A stretch of 64,000 nt of DNA from the human T2T-CHM13v2.0 reference genome, Homo sapiens. Position 1 is the stretch's first letter; each line of letters begins with the position of its first letter. The DNA lies in the NCBI RefSeq assembly GCF_009914755.1, contig NC_060931.1, one strand, 5' to 3'. Positions 41,875 through 55,599 of this stretch are shown here, piece after piece. The notes beneath the pieces were generated by a model, which saw nothing but the letters and a program-made list of their open reading frames with translations, ran no database searches and was not told the origin of the DNA. The position numbers were made by a program, and so were the translations under genes.

Positions 41875-42892
41875 CTGTATGTAATAGTATTATAAAATTC
41901 AGTTACCGCAGCATTCAGAAATTTTCATTGAATCCAAATATAAATATACCACTTTATACACAAAATCAGTAAATGTTTTTCATATGAAAATAATCTTAAC
42001 ATTGAAAAAATAGGTTTTAAAAACCTCCATTTGGCCTTTAAAAATGGTCAGTGTTATCTATTCTAAGCCTTTATAGCGTATATTGTTTGCATCATAAACA
42101 TAAATCATATTGCTATGCTTCCTACAAACATATACTCTCAAGGAAGGGAGAAAAGCTGGTTAAATTATGAACTAGCTGTATAATCTGCAGAGTGCTTTTC
42201 AACCTCATCAGTCTCATTTACGGTATTGACTTAGTAATATTCTGATATTTTATTATGTTATCTGCATTTGAATTAAAATTTAAACTTCTAAAACACATTC
42301 TCAAAAATAACCTCTCAAGCTCAGAGCAAAATGTAAGGCAGCTGCAATTACACCCATCTCAAAGACCAAGAAACTAAAGAGCTAAAGCCCAGATACTAAG
42401 AAATACAAATGGGTATCAATCTTAGCACTGAAATCTAGGGCATACACTTTCTTCCATACCATTTTTGTACAGGAATATAACATAAATACACACATGTATA
42501 CATATACACACATAATTATTTTTAAAAATGTACATATAATAATAATATATACTGACCGATTCAATTTATACACATGACCATTTATATTTTATATTGTTAT
42601 TATTAATAGGTAATATATTTCAATTAATATTGCTTTTTACAATAGACAGGATTAGGATACAGGAATAGAGGAGGATATTGAATGCTAGGACAGATGAAGG
42701 TATATTTGCAATGGATTAGAGATAGTGTCTTAAAAAGCTGTAGCATTTTAAATTGATGCTTTGTAATCAGCTTCTTTAAATCTATATTGGGAAGAATGGC
42801 ATTTGATACAATCAGAGATTGAAAGGAACCAAGTTAGAATCTTTAAGTAGGTTTTGATATTTTAACAGCAAATTGTCATAGCAATAACTGAC

Positions 42893-42969
42893 CTAAATAA
42901 CCCTATGATTTAAAAATTGTTTCACATGGGAACTCCTCATTACTTCCACAGGCCTGGCTATAGCAACAC
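42893..42969 (-). pseudogene. Fossil exon, 77 nt, phase 1/0: VAIARPVEVMRSSHVKQFLNHRVI*
   Basis: Acceptor atttgtttatag; donor TAG|gtcagt; phase matches the previous exon. Confidence 0.5.
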
Positions 42970-43145
42970 CTATAAACAAATCATTATATCTCTCATGTTC
43001 CAGTAACAAGGACTTTTGTTGTGTTTTCTTTGTTTAAACACGTAAATAATGAAAATCACTAATGGAACAGCATCCGCTGGGCTGTTATGGTGTGTATCTT
43101 ATTAAAAATAGTATGTGTCCCCATGAACTGTCTTAACAATATGCC

Positions 43146-43501
43146 ATTATTATTATTATTATTATTATTTCTTCTTCTTCTTCTTCTCTTCATCTTTTCT
43201 TCTTCTTCTTCTTCCTATTCTTCTTCTTCTTCTTGAGACAGTCTCTGTCTGTCACTGCCAGAGTGCAGTGGTATAATCATAGCTCTGCAGCGTCCACCTC
43301 CTTGGCTTAGGAGATTGCCCCACTTCAGCCTCCCAAGTATCTGGGGACTACCGGCACGCACCACTACGCCTAACTGATTTTTGTAGAGATAGTGTCTCAC
43401 TATGTTGCCCGGGCTGGTTTTGAACTCCAGGCCTCAAGCAAGTCTTCCACCTCAGCCTCCCAAGCTGCTGGGATTACAAGTATGAGCCACCACACCTGGC
43501 C
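43146..43501 (-). mobile_element. AluJ with an (ATT)n(TTC)n compound microsatellite tail
   Basis: Directly visible. Confidence 0.9.
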
Positions 43502-43612
43502 ATACTTTATTATTTTTTGACTGTTATTAAAATAAAATTATATATTAGAAAATTAGTAATAAAATTAGTACTCCTTTTGAAAGGACTCATAATGAGTTTA
43601 AGTCAACCTGTA

Positions 43613-43615
43613 ACA

Positions 43616-43646
<31 letters not shown>
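43613..43646. repeat. (CA)n microsatellite
   Basis: Directly visible. Confidence 0.95.
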
Positions 43647-43660
43647 TCATGTACACATAC

Positions 43661-43697
43661 AATGACTTTTAGACTCCAGTCCCAGTGCAAATTCTTC
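43661..43697 (-). pseudogene. Fossil exon, 37 nt, phase 0/1: EEFALGLESKSH
   Basis: Strong acceptor tttgcttttcctctacag; donor ATT|gtatgt. Confidence 0.5.
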
Positions 43698-43783
43698 CTG
43701 TAGAGGAAAAGCAAATGTTTGAGGCCATCTCCACTGTGAAATGGTAGAGTGAAAGTCATTAAATAATTGGGGCATCTACTTAT

Positions 43784-43851
43784 CCTTGTTTTGAAACTAT
43801 TTGCAAAACATTCAAATTTTGGGCTGTGTATGGTTTTATAACCAAATCTCC
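43784..43851 (-). pseudogene. Fossil exon, 68 nt, phase 1/0: RFGYKTIHSPKFECFANSFKTR; dead donor
   Basis: Acceptor aattcttttctttag; donor reads ataagt; 86-nt intron to the next exon. Confidence 0.55.
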
Positions 43852-44035
43852 CTAAAGAAAAGAATTCAAACATAGCACTGGCTTCACATATTCAGGTTCC
43901 TAAGGCAATTTCTGATTGTTTTAAATTAACGTGTCTGTCAAACTGATGTCAGCCTTAGCCTCAGGTACACTTTGATGAGTAAGAATGGTAGCATTGAGGA
44001 TTTTAATAAACTCTTATCATGAACAAAGAACATAC

Positions 44036-44134
44036 TTGCACTTTCAAATCCAATAGACACAATCTTCTGAACTTCCCTTAGAGGACATCACCTCCGTTTC
44101 TCCTTAGACTGATTTCCAAAGTGTTTTTTTTTCT
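44036..44134 (-). pseudogene. Fossil exon, 99 nt, phase 1/1: KKKHFGNQSKEKRR*CPLREVQKIVSIGFESA
   Basis: Acceptor ttacttctttaataaacag; donor CAA|gtatgt; one TGA. Confidence 0.6.
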
Positions 44135-45261
44135 CTGTTTATTAAAGAAGTAACAGCAGACAGATCATACATGTGATACAACACATAATTTGTTATTTAA
44201 AGCAGATGAAATAGAAAAGGTGAAAATAAAAGTTAACATTCCAAAACTTCAGCATAAAGTATGGTTTTTGTCAAAATACCAAATTTGGACCTTATTTTTG
44301 TTAAAGAGGATGGATGAGAAATTTAATATTTATTTATTACTTTTAAGATAATAAACGTGTATTGTGAAGCTTCTTTTTGGAACAAGGTTATAGAAAAACA
44401 AAAATAAGTAGTACTAGAAATAAACTAGACCATACATCAGATGAAATAGCAAAAGTGGGAAGGGAAAATATTTCACAAAATCTACCTAAAAGAAAAATAA
44501 AACTGGGAATATTATTCAAAAATAATCTCAGAAATGTTGTTGCTATTAGCATCATTAAGGAGTGCTAGACATTCTTTTGGGGAAAATATTATAAAGAAGA
44601 GCCTTACATTCTTAAATGTCATGACTTAAACCTTGACTCTGGCTCATTGCTTTCTAAATTTTCTTTTTAATGGTAAAAATAAAATTATGAATAGAAAAAG
44701 AAAATCAGCAGTGAAAATAAAGAACAGTCTTCCTGGCCTACAAAATAAAGTCTAGCCCAGGCTCTAAGGAGTAGGAAGTTCTAGAGGCCCCACTGACCTT
44801 GGTGATTTGGATTACAAAGGGCGAGGTATAAGGCTGATTTAGGAGACAGCATCAAGGGCGACCCATGGACTGGGCTCTCTTGTGCTTTACATCTGCAGCA
44901 TCTGGAGCCCCCCACGGTAAGAAGAGGCTTTGAAGTATCCTCATGGTGGAAGTTCTAGCCTGGGCAGCAAATAATTCCTACTTATGAAGAGGTCTCCAAG
45001 ATGAACCCCCTTGCAAGAGAAAACATTTCTGTGTCTATTCAGTGATTCATATTACTAAAATATGTAAATAGTGGCTTTGTCCTCGCTGTGATTATTATGA
45101 AGTCATTCAATTACTATGAATACAATCAGCCTGCTTACTAGAATTGTTAAACTCTTATTTACATCTTGGTATGATAATATGGGATTAACAACAAACAAAT
45201 CATTGTTTAAAAGGTAGTATGAGATATACCTCTAAAAGAACATATAACAATTATATGACTT

Positions 45262-45645
45262 TGCTAGTTATCATTCCTATATACGAGAGAGGTTGCTTAA
45301 ACCACAGAAAAACATCTTCTCACAGTTCCTGTGGCTGGAAATCCCAGATTTAGATGACAGTGCAATTGGTTTCTTCTGAGACCTCTCCTGGTTTGCAGAT
45401 GGCCACCTCTCTAACGTGTCCTTGTATGGTCTTGTGTCTGTGCGCTGGTCTCTCTGACCTCACTGCGTGTCCACATTTCCTCTTCTCATAAAGGCACCAG
45501 TGACGCTGGATTAACGCACGCCCAAGAGCCTCATTATAACATTACCACCTCTTTAAAAACCCAATCTCAGATGCAGTCACATCTGAAGTGCTGGGGTTAG
45601 GGCTTCAACACATGAATCTTGAGGGGACACGATTCCCCCATATCA
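45262..45645 (-). mobile_element. MLT1B-like LTR
   Basis: tttgcagatggccacct..gggttagggcttcaacacatgaat. Confidence 0.8.
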
Positions 45646-46624
45646 ATCACATTAGAAACATGTCAATGATCAAAAGTCATGAGAGAGTTTTTTAAAGTTT
45701 CTAAAACAATCTTGTTGTAATTTCATTTTTAAAGATACAGGTAATTTCTATGGTTTCATAATAATTCAGTAAATAGGAAATGAAGTGTTGAAATTAATTC
45801 AAATAAAAAATAAGGTATTGAAATTAATTCAATAAAGCAAGATTACTCTGATTTTTAAAAAACTTTATATTTTTAAATCTATTTTAGGTTCACAGAAAAA
45901 TTGCGAGGAAGGTGTAGAGATCATCCATATCCAGACAATGATGATTTAAACTATCAGATTCACTCTACTTTTTTCAAAATTACTCAACAACCCAGAAAAA
46001 GAAAAAGTTCCCTGAGTGGAGCAAGGTTCGGACATAAAAAGAGCACATAATTATTTGTCAATTTGCCTAGTATTGTCTTCTTATAGCCTCTAAATAAGAG
46101 TTTTTTTAATGTAATAAAACATATAAAACCTTCTGTGATTAAGGTTAAATAAAAAGTTAATATATGAAAGCCAATAGTTTTTCTATGACCAGAAAGATTA
46201 GGCAGTAATTTAAAAAGAAAAAAACTACCGCTGATCACAGGTGGAAAAAAGTGTCAGAAAGAAGTTTAATAAGAAATATAAAGGTCCTCTAGAGATAAAA
46301 TTCTTGAGAGGCATAAGAAGCATAATTAAAACTTATACTAATTAAATTAAAGTAATTTATTTTTAATTAATTTATTCATGTAAACACTTTAAATCCAAAA
46401 TAAAAAAAACTCCAAATAATTAATGTAAATTATTTCTTTAAAAAATTAAGTGATTAAAGCTACAACATTGTTAGAGAGAGAAAGAAAGAGAGAAAATCTT
46501 AGAACCATGATAGGTCCTCACACTAACAACTATACTTATCACTTCTGTGTGTGTCTATAAAATTATACTTGGGAATTTTATTTATAGAAAGAATCTCTTA
46601 AGATGCAGCTATTGTTGCTATTAC

Positions 46625-47129
46625 CTGCACAATTATCTTGACTGTCTAAAAAGTCTTTAATTTTAACTGGTTGTTTTGCTTGATAATGCTATTCTGATAA
46701 TACAAGATCTTGACATCTCTTTATCTTTAAAATTATATGTAATTGTACAATTGCTTTCCATTTCTTCCCTGTTCTCCCTATATGTATGAAGGCATAAAAA
46801 CCACTCCTTTGTTGGAGTCTTAATCCAAACAAAAAGTTTGAAGTTCTTTGTTTTATGTAATTTTCAGCCCTTTGCTTTTTTTATATTGACAGCCAGATTT
46901 CTTTTCTCCCTTCCTTTTTGACATTGCTCCTCGTCAGAAGGAGCAGCAAATAGTTTCCTTTTCAGGGAATAGTTTCTTGATGGAGGACGACATCTCTTCC
47001 TTCTCTTAATAATGATAATAATACTTGCTTTAATCCATCCTTATGACAACAATGTAAAACAGGTCCTGTGGATGTCTTCATTTTAAAGCTGTCATTGTTA
47101 ATCGTATTGTGTGAATGCAATTGTCTACC
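46625..47129 (-). pseudogene. Fossil large exon, K/R/S/E-rich (..RPPSRNYSLKRKLFAAPSDEEQCQK.. KIKDFLDSQDNCA)
   Basis: Acceptor ttcatttctcctctctag; donor CAG|gtaata; phase-1 end matches exon 44036-44134; internal frameshifts. Confidence 0.55.
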
Positions 47130-47294
47130 CTAGAGAGGAGAAATGAACCAGTGACCCTTATGAATGTGCCCAATGTAACATGTTATGTATCTACTTTTTA
47201 TTTAAAAGGTATTTATTGAATGTCCAGTGTATACCTTCATGGAGTTAAAATTCAAGATCACATGCTTTGAACTAATTTCATGACAAAGACTTAC

Positions 47295-47391
47295 CCCTTC
47301 TTTCTGCGGGTAGAGGGAAGTGGGGTTATTATCGCTTCCCTTTCTTTGTGTGATTTCAGATTAGTAGCAACACTTCTGGGTGGATTTCTAA
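47295..47391 (-). pseudogene. Fossil exon, 97 nt: RNPPRSVATNLKSHKEREAIITPLPSTRRKK
   Basis: Acceptor tttactttcattgctaccag; open; strong donor GGG|gtaagt. Confidence 0.65.
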
Positions 47392-47525
47392 CTGGTAGCA
47401 ATGAAAGTAAATTAAAGATTGGCATAGTTTAAATATTATAATTAGGAGAACAGGAACGAAAAGGACAAAAGGGATTTTTTAAATAAATGGTAGATGAAGC
47501 ATGAAATGTTCTGTTAGTCTACTAC

Positions 47526-47826
47526 TATAGTTCAGAGGCTACAGTGGAGCTTTTTCTCTAGTTTCTCTCTCTCTCACTCTTTCAGGTTTGTTGCTATAAG
47601 AATTGTTTTCCTTCCTGGTGATCTGAGTACAGGTGGGTATGCAGTATGAGTTTGGTGGTGAAAGATGGATAGAATGTTGCCCCAACTATATTTATAAGAT
47701 ATAAAATTTGTCACCTTCTGGTGCAGGCAAAAGAGGTGCAACTGAGAGTCCAAAGGGGACTACTTTGTTTTGTGAGAGAAAGCCTCTATAACTAGTGAGG
47801 AGTATTTCTAGGGCCTTGCCTTCTGT
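47526..47826 (-). pseudogene. Candidate fossil exon whose acceptor abuts a (TATC)n repeat
   Basis: ctatctag acceptor; 44 open codons TEGKALEILLTSYRGFLSQNKVVPFGLSVAPLLPAPEGDKFYIL; weak donor. Confidence 0.35.
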
Positions 47827-47827
47827 C

Positions 47828-47879
<52 letters not shown>

Positions 47880-47955
47880 CAGATAGATAGAATATAAATA
47901 TATATGTATAATATATAATATATACATAATATATAAATATAAATATATATATATT
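47828..47955. repeat. (GATA)n tetranucleotide STR plus AT-rich tract
   Basis: Directly visible; about 15 units with one GACA. Confidence 0.95.
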
Positions 47956-48030
47956 ATCTCTCTCTCTTTCTAAGAAAGATAGGGGAGTAATAACGCAGAA
48001 TTAGTTGATGATTCAGAGATAGGTAATTTG

Positions 48031-48343
48031 GGCCGGGAGTGGTGGCTCACACCAGTAAGCCCAGCAATTTGGGAAGCCCAGGCAGGTGGATCACTTGAGG
48101 TCAGGAGTTCGAGACCAGCCTGGACACCATGGTGAAACCCTATCTTTGCTAAAAATACAAAAATTAGGTGAGCGTTGTGGCGTGCTCCTGTAATCCCAGC
48201 TACAGGGGAAGCTGAGGCACAAGAATCACTTGAAAACAGGAGGCAGAAGTTGCAGTAAACTGAGATCGCACCACTGCACACCAGCCTGGGCGACAGAGTG
48301 AGACTCAATCTTAAAGTAAATAAATGAACTGTTTTTTTAAAAA
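48031..48343 (+). mobile_element. AluS (Sx/Sz-like)
   Basis: Dimeric Alu; near-TSD agagata(g/t)gtaatt. Confidence 0.9.
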
Positions 48344-49659
48344 AGAGATATGTAATTAGGAACCTCAGAAACAATCCCACATAATAGTTTTCTCTATATC
48401 TAGAAACGAATCTATACACGTCTGTACCTTTACAAGTCATTTGTTAAAGAAGACTCATACTGACTGTAGCTTTTCCTTGTTAACTTTAAGTATGTTATAT
48501 TTTCATAAATAATATTAGTTCAGTTTTTTCATTTTTCATCATAATCTCTATTCAGTTAGTTTCTTATTTATCAATGTATTTGCATCAGTAGGTCACATCC
48601 AGAGATGTATAATTAATTCTAATACTTTTTCAGTCAGTTATTTTGGATTTTACAAATAACAATTTTAACATAAGAAAATAGTGATAATGTTGCTTCATAA
48701 CACCTGATGTTTATACTTAGCCTTTTCTCAAACTATTACATTAGTAGAGTATTAAAATAAAGTCTATCAGTATGGTGATAGAGGCCACTCATGCCTGGAT
48801 TTTAATGAGAATTTAACAACATTCTATAAATTAATTCATTGCTTATTCAAACAATTGTTAATTTGTCAAATGCCTGTTATGTGCCAGACTTTGTATCAGC
48901 CACTAAGAATCCTTATTTTGAATTTTTCTTTGACATTGATATTATTTATTAAATTGATAAAATGTTCTTCGACTTCATGTCTATCGTGGACTTTTTATTA
49001 GAAACATTGTAGATGGTGAATATTATGTTTGAGTACCGATCAAGATGACTCATGTTTAGATTAATTTTTTCCTCTTGTCTAATTATGAAATCAATTATAA
49101 CAGTAAATTTAAAAGTGAAATATATATTTTATTATAATTAAATTTATCATAATATAATAACATTGCTGAAGTCTTTCTGCTTGATTTAAAATTTAAATGA
49201 TACATGAATATTTGACATTTTTTAGTTGTCTTATATTTTTAAATAAAATTCAGTTCTATGAAGTATGTGCGATATGATATAAATATTTTAAATTGGCCTA
49301 TATATGTATATAGGCAGATACCAACAGATACCAAAGTGGTTAATTTGAGTAGTAAAATTATAGTTTTTATATGTTCTCCTTATAAGTGTCTGTATTTATT
49401 AAAATTCTTAAATAGGATGTATATTAGCTTTCAAAATTATTTCTAGCAATTCATAAAATGCCCAATGCCTGTTGTTAAAAAATGGAGAGATAAATGAAAA
49501 GGCAATTCACAAAAGCACGTAATCTAAAATGCAATTATAAATATATGGATATGCCTAACTTCACTGGTAACTCAGAAAATGTGAATGGATTAAAAAATGC
49601 TGATGCCTGAAACTAGGGGTTTCTAGAAAAACTAATATCAAATATAAACAAGAATTTTG

Positions 49660-51830
49660 AGAAATTAAAACCCTTTCACTAAGAAACAAAGCTAGATGTC
49701 CTCTCTCATCACTCCCTTTCAATATCATCCTGAAAGTCCTAGCTAATGAATAAGATCCCCCAAAAAAGGAAATGAAAGGTAACCAAATTGGGAGGAAATA
49801 CATAAAACTGTATTTCTTCACAGATGAAATGATTTTCTATACAAAAATCTGAAGAAATCAACAAAATAATACTCTTAGAACTTCTGAGTGATTTATAGCA
49901 TGGATGCAGGATAGATTAATGAGAAAAATTCATCACTTTCCTATACTCTAGCAATAAAAAAGTGGAATTTAAAATTTAAAACTAAATATCATTTACATTA
50001 GTACCCCCCAAAATAAATCTAGCAAAATATGTATAAGGTCTATTTGAGAGAAATTATGAAATTCAGATGAATGAATTCAAAGAACTAGAGAGATATTTCA
50101 TATTGATGATTTGAAGACTAAATATTGTCAAGGTGTCAGTTTTTCCTAAATTAACCTTTATATTCACATAATTGGGATTTCAACTGAAATTGAAATTTTT
50201 TTTTGTGGCTATTGACAAACTGAAGAAAAAAGACCCAGATAGTCAAAACAGTATTGAAGAAGAATAAATACAGAGGACTGACACTACCTGACTTCGAGAG
50301 TTACTCTAAAGCTATGGTAATCAAGACAGTGTGGTGTTAGTGAAAAAAGGACAATTAGATCAACGGAACTAAATATGGAGCCCAGAAATAAACCCACACC
50401 AAATATAATAATGTGATATTTGACAAAGAAACAAATGCAATGTAATGGAGAATGTAGAGTCTTTTCAACAAATGGTGCTAAAATAACTGGAAATTCATAT
50501 GCAAATAAATGAATCTAGATATAGATCTTACACTATTAATAAAAATTAACTCAAAATGAATTATAGACCTAAATGTAATAGTAAAACAATAAAACTCCTA
50601 GGAGAAACATATGAGAAAATCTAGATGACCCTAGGTTTGGTGATGTCCCTTGAGATACAACACTAAAGATACAGTTTGTGATGGAAATAATTGATAAGCT
50701 GGACATCACTAAAGTTAAAAACCTCTGGCCTGTGAAAGACCTTGTCAAAAGAATAAAAATACAAGCCACAGGGAAAACATTTGCAAAGTTTATATCTAGT
50801 CCACAATAAGTAAACAACCAGATTAAATAATCAGCAAATGATTTTAACAGTCATTTCACCAAAGATGTTTAAATGGCAAGCATATTAAAAGATGTTCAAC
50901 ATCATATGTCATTATGATGAAGTTGAAAATTAAAACAACAGTGAAATATCATGACACATATACCAGAATTGCCAAAATCCAAAACACAAACATCAAGTGT
51001 TGACAAGGTCTGATAGCTTTTGTGGAGCAACAGGAATTCTCTTCGCTTATTCAGTGTTGCTACTAATGGAAAATGGCACAGTCACTTTGGAAGACAGAGT
51101 GACAGGTCCTTACAAAACTAAACATACTCTTGCGACAAAACCCAGAAATTGTGATTCTTAGTGTTTACCCAAATGAATTGAAAACCTGTGCCCACACAAA
51201 GGCTTGTATACAGATGTTTATAGCAGCTGTATTTATAATTGCCAAAACTTGGGAGCAGCCAAGATATCCTTCAGTAAGCGAGAGTGAGTGGACAAATAAA
51301 CTGTGGTACATTCAGACAATGGAATATTATTAAAGAAATGAGATATCAAGCCATGGAAAGACATGGAGGAAATTTCAATGCGTATTACCAAGTGAAAGAA
51401 GACCATCTGCAAAGGTTACATAGTGCATGATTTCAACTCTATGACATTCTGGAAAAGGCAAATCTATGGAGATAGTAAAAAGATCAGTGAATGCCAGGAT
51501 ATAGAAAAGGATACATAGGCAGAGCACAGAGGATTTAGGGGACATTTTTGAAACTATTCTGTATGATACTATAATGGTGAACACATCATTATACATTTGT
51601 TCTAACCCATAGAATGACCAACATCAAGAGTGAACCCTAATGTAAATTATGAACTTTGGGTGATAATAATGGGTTAATGTTGGTTCAATGATTGTTACAA
51701 ATGTATCACTATAGTGTGTGAAATTGATAATAGGAGAGGGTGGTGGGGTGAGCAGAAATATATGGGAACACTGTACTTTTTGCTTAATTTTGCTGAGAAC
51801 CTGAAACTGCTCTTAAAAAGTGTATAATAA
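49660..51830 (+). mobile_element. L1MC1/2 ORF2 plus 3' UTR
   Basis: ORF 51130..51333 (..MFIAAVFIIAKTWEQPRYP); gagtgaaccctaatgtaaattatg 3' UTR. Confidence 0.85.
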
Positions 51831-52474
51831 ATTTGTTTAAAATTCATTTTTTATCCTGCTTATATCAAAATTACTAGAAACATAGTATTTGAAGTTATAT
51901 TTATATAAATGCAGCTGTAAAGAGCTTTATTTTGATAGAAAAACTAAATAGTATGTGAGTGCCAAAAATAAGGGACGCATTATTTCAATTACAAATATTC
52001 ATTTATGGGAAAATAATATTAACATCATTATTTAAAGTATTTAGTCACATCAGAAAATATTTGTTATATAACTTTAAGTAAAAAGGAGACATATGATATG
52101 TCATTATAATTTATAAATTTACAGTTCTTACATATAGATTACTTTTACTTAATACCCATGGGCAGTGGGTTTAGGAATATTATTTTTCTTATTTACCTTT
52201 CTATATTTCCTAAATTAAGTTATAATTAATACATGCAATTTTTCTCATTAGAAAACAGTGTTTTTTAACTTGCATTCTCTGAGCCTTAGATCAATCCAGA
52301 ATCCCACCTTCTGCGTTCCTCACTGATGGGTTTGCTCACACGCTAAGTCCTTTTGGGTTTGCTGCTCCTCATTCTGCTTTTGCACATGATCAAATAGGAT
52401 GATGAGAGAATGTATGTCTGTAAACTAAAGGGCCATAATAATTTGAGAGAATGACCTTTCAGTTCTGAAATTAC

Positions 52475-52706
52475 CAGCGCTCTCCGTATGAAGTTAAATT
52501 GATTTTGTTTGACATCTTCTGCTTTCTTTCTGCCCTGGGGTTATTCACTATTGATGTTGGGACTCAATTTTTAGCATTATGACTAATAATTAAATAATCC
52601 TGTGCAGATTTTCTGGGGTGTCTGGTCATGGACTCATATTCTGAAATCATAGAATTCTGCAGCTGAATGGACATCACTGAATATTTTAATGGGTAAACTG
52701 CTGAAT
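52475..52706 (-). pseudogene. Fossil exon, 232 nt: DSAVYPLKYSVMSIQLQNSMISEYESMTRHPRKSAQDYLIISHNAKN*VPTSIVNNPRAERKQKMSNKINLTSYGER
   Basis: Branch-like ctaat + gttatttctttag; single TGA at 52564-52566; donor CTG|gtaatt. Confidence 0.6.
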
Positions 52707-53530
52707 CTAAAGAAATAACACTTATTAGGCTAGCACAAACTAAGGATTGCAATCTGACATACATAGTTCTTTTAACATCAGTTATTTAATATTTTGATAT
52801 CACATTATTCCAAGAGAAAAAATATGAAGATTTATATATCTGTAATTACAAGCTCCTTCTGCACGATAACCACTGTTGTTAATTGTTTATAATTTATCCT
52901 TCTAGAAACATATTACACATGTTCAAGGAAATTCAAAGAGATAGTATGTGTTTTCTTTTTCTACAAAAAGTGATAGCATACCAAATGTAATATTCTGTAC
53001 TTTACTTTTTTTCCTAAAGAGTAATAGCTTGCCTATATTTTCTTATCATGTGTAATGAGATTCCTAATTCTGACTTAGGAATAAAATACCGTTTTATTGA
53101 CATATCTTATAGCTAGACCCCTGCCTAAGGGCATTTAAGCTGTGTCTACATTTTTGGTGCTATCAACAATGTTGTAATGAATTACTTTTAAGGTAGATTA
53201 CTTTTAACATAATTTTACAAATGTGTACATGTGTCTGGAAGATACATTTTAGAAATTTAATTATTGGGTTTGACTTTTTATACCTTTTCACAAGTAACTA
53301 TGCACACAAATTGTCCCAAATTTATTCTCATCGTCTACATATGCTGTTTACCCCACAACTTTTTTCCCTCATAGCCAAACATAGGGTATTGTCAGGCTTT
53401 CTGGTCTCTGTCAATGATTGGGGAAAAATGATAGCAACATAACTTTCTTTCTTGTTTATATATTTATCATTTTTTATCTTTATTTTTTTTTCAAATTAAG
53501 GAAAAGGAGTAATTTGCATTAAAGGAAAAC

Positions 53531-53745
53531 ACCAGCCTGGGCAACATGGTGAAACCTTGTCTCTACCAAAAATAAATTAGTTGGGCAAGGTGGTGTGTGC
53601 CACTGGTTCCAGCTACTTGGGAGGCCGAGGTGGGAGGGTCATTTGATCTCAGGTGGTCGAGGCTGCAGTGAGCCTAGATCACACCACTGCACTCCAGTTT
53701 GGGAGACAGGGTGAGATCCTGTCTCAAAACAAAACAAAACAAAAA
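53531..53745 (+). mobile_element. 5'-truncated AluJ fused to L1PA
   Basis: Starts mid left arm at accagcctgggcaacatgg. Confidence 0.85.
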
Positions 53746-54575
53746 CACAACCCCATTAAAAAGTGGGCAAAGGATATGAACAGACACTTTTCAAAAGAAG
53801 ATATTCATGCAGACAAAATGTATATTTAAAAAATAGCTCAACATCACTGATGATTAGAGAAATGGAAATCAAAACCACAATGAGATACTATCTCACACCA
53901 GTCAGAATGGCTACTAAAAAAGAACAGATGCTGGCAAGGTTGTGGAGAAAAAGGAATGCTTATACACTGTTGGTGGGAGTGTAAACTAGTTCAACCATTG
54001 TGGAAGACAGTGTGGAGATGCCTCAAAGAACTGAAAACAGAGCTACCATTCAACCCAGCAATCCCATTAATGGGTATATACTCAAAGGGATGTAAATCAT
54101 TCTCTTATAAAGACATGTGCATGCTTATGTTCATTGCAGCACTATTCACAATAGCAAAGTCATGGCATCAGCCTAAAAAATGTCCATCATGGTAGACTGG
54201 ATAACAAAAATATGGTACATATACACCCTGGAAAAAGAATGAGATTATGTTCTTTGCAGGAACATGGGTGGAGCTGGAGGCCATTATCTTTAGCATATTA
54301 ATGCAGGAACAGAAAAGCAAATACCGCATGTTCTCGTCATTTAGTGGAAGCTAAATGATGAGGACATATGGACACATAGAGAGGAACAACCCAGACTGTA
54401 GCCTAGAGGGTGGGAGGAGGGAGAGGATCAGGAAAAATAACTAATGGGTACTATGCTTAATACCTGGGTGATGACATAATCTGTACAATGAACCCCCATG
54501 ACACAAGCTTACCTATATAGCAAACCTACACATGTACCCCTGAACTTAAAAGTTAAATAAAAATGAAAAAAAGTA
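53746..54575 (+). mobile_element. L1PA13-15-type 3' end
   Basis: ORF2 C-terminus (ORF 53956..54195 [17 protein letters not shown]) plus 3' UTR. Confidence 0.88.
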
Positions 54576-55599
54576 AAAGGAAATATCTATTTGCCTATAA
54601 TAGCATTGTCTGTTTTTTCATGATTAGTCTGCTTTTTCCACTTGATTTATGATACTTTTTAGAGGCAGATTTATTATGGTAACAGAAATTAATCAATCTT
54701 TTATTTATAAATTTTTGATTTAGGTAGTAACTATAAACCGCTTTCTCAATAAACAATTTTAAAATAACTAGCATTGTTATGATTGTATTTTTTAAAATAA
54801 TTCATTTATTTGCTTTATTTGACATTTTTTTCAATGAATTGGGAGGCTTACATCAAAGTTACTTGTCTCCCAAATACTTCTTAATTATGTAAACTTATAT
54901 GTAAGAGTGTAAATAATTGTTTGCATTGATTCAGACATCATCTATATTGTACTCTAAGCTCTTAAATTTATTTGTGTCTACTCACAGTCTATTTTTTTTT
55001 AATTGGTCTGTGTTCATGTACAAATACTACAATGGTCTTTGTTAGAGTGTTCCTGAGAGTTTTAAACTTATTAGCTCATTAAGTTTACACACTGGCATTT
55101 TTAATTTTTTTTTGGTGTCCTATAGAGTCTTTTGTTTACTAAGTATTTCAACTGTGTTGGTTACATATATAAATCATATCGATTTTTATTAATTTTGCAA
55201 ATTTCTTATTAATTCAGTCATTGTAAGAAATACTTTTTTTAGTTTTTTCTCTTAAATATTTTTGGTAAACCAACATAATATTTGTGTAGTCATAAATTTA
55301 CTTCCTTATTTCCAGTTTGTATATGTTAATCTTATTATTTTGCTTAGTTGTTTGAGTAATATCTCCAGAAAAATGTTTGATTATAGGGATAATAAGAGTC
55401 ATTTGTTTAGTATCTTTGACCATAGTGTAAAAACATCAATAATTGTCCCATTAAGCTTAATGGTGGAATTTGGGCTGTGTATTATATTTTATTCAGTTAA
55501 GATAATGAATATTATATTTTATTTGTTTAATGCAGAGAAAGATTCCTTAAGTACAAACACACTAATGTTAAGGTGAAAAAAAAAACAAAGAAGTATAAA

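Noticed and set aside
47586-47632. Plus-strand 47-nt exon-like unit (pyrimidine tract, ttcag ... cag|gtgggt)
   Set aside because: The tract is equally explained as the complement of purine-rich minus-strand fossil coding sequence; no partner exons identified.
47970-48440. Longest ORF (156 aa) and similar ORFs at 5092-5410, 8349-8637, 8985-9368 and 20973-21407
   Set aside because: Translations of Alu sequence ([18 protein letters not shown]), not genes.
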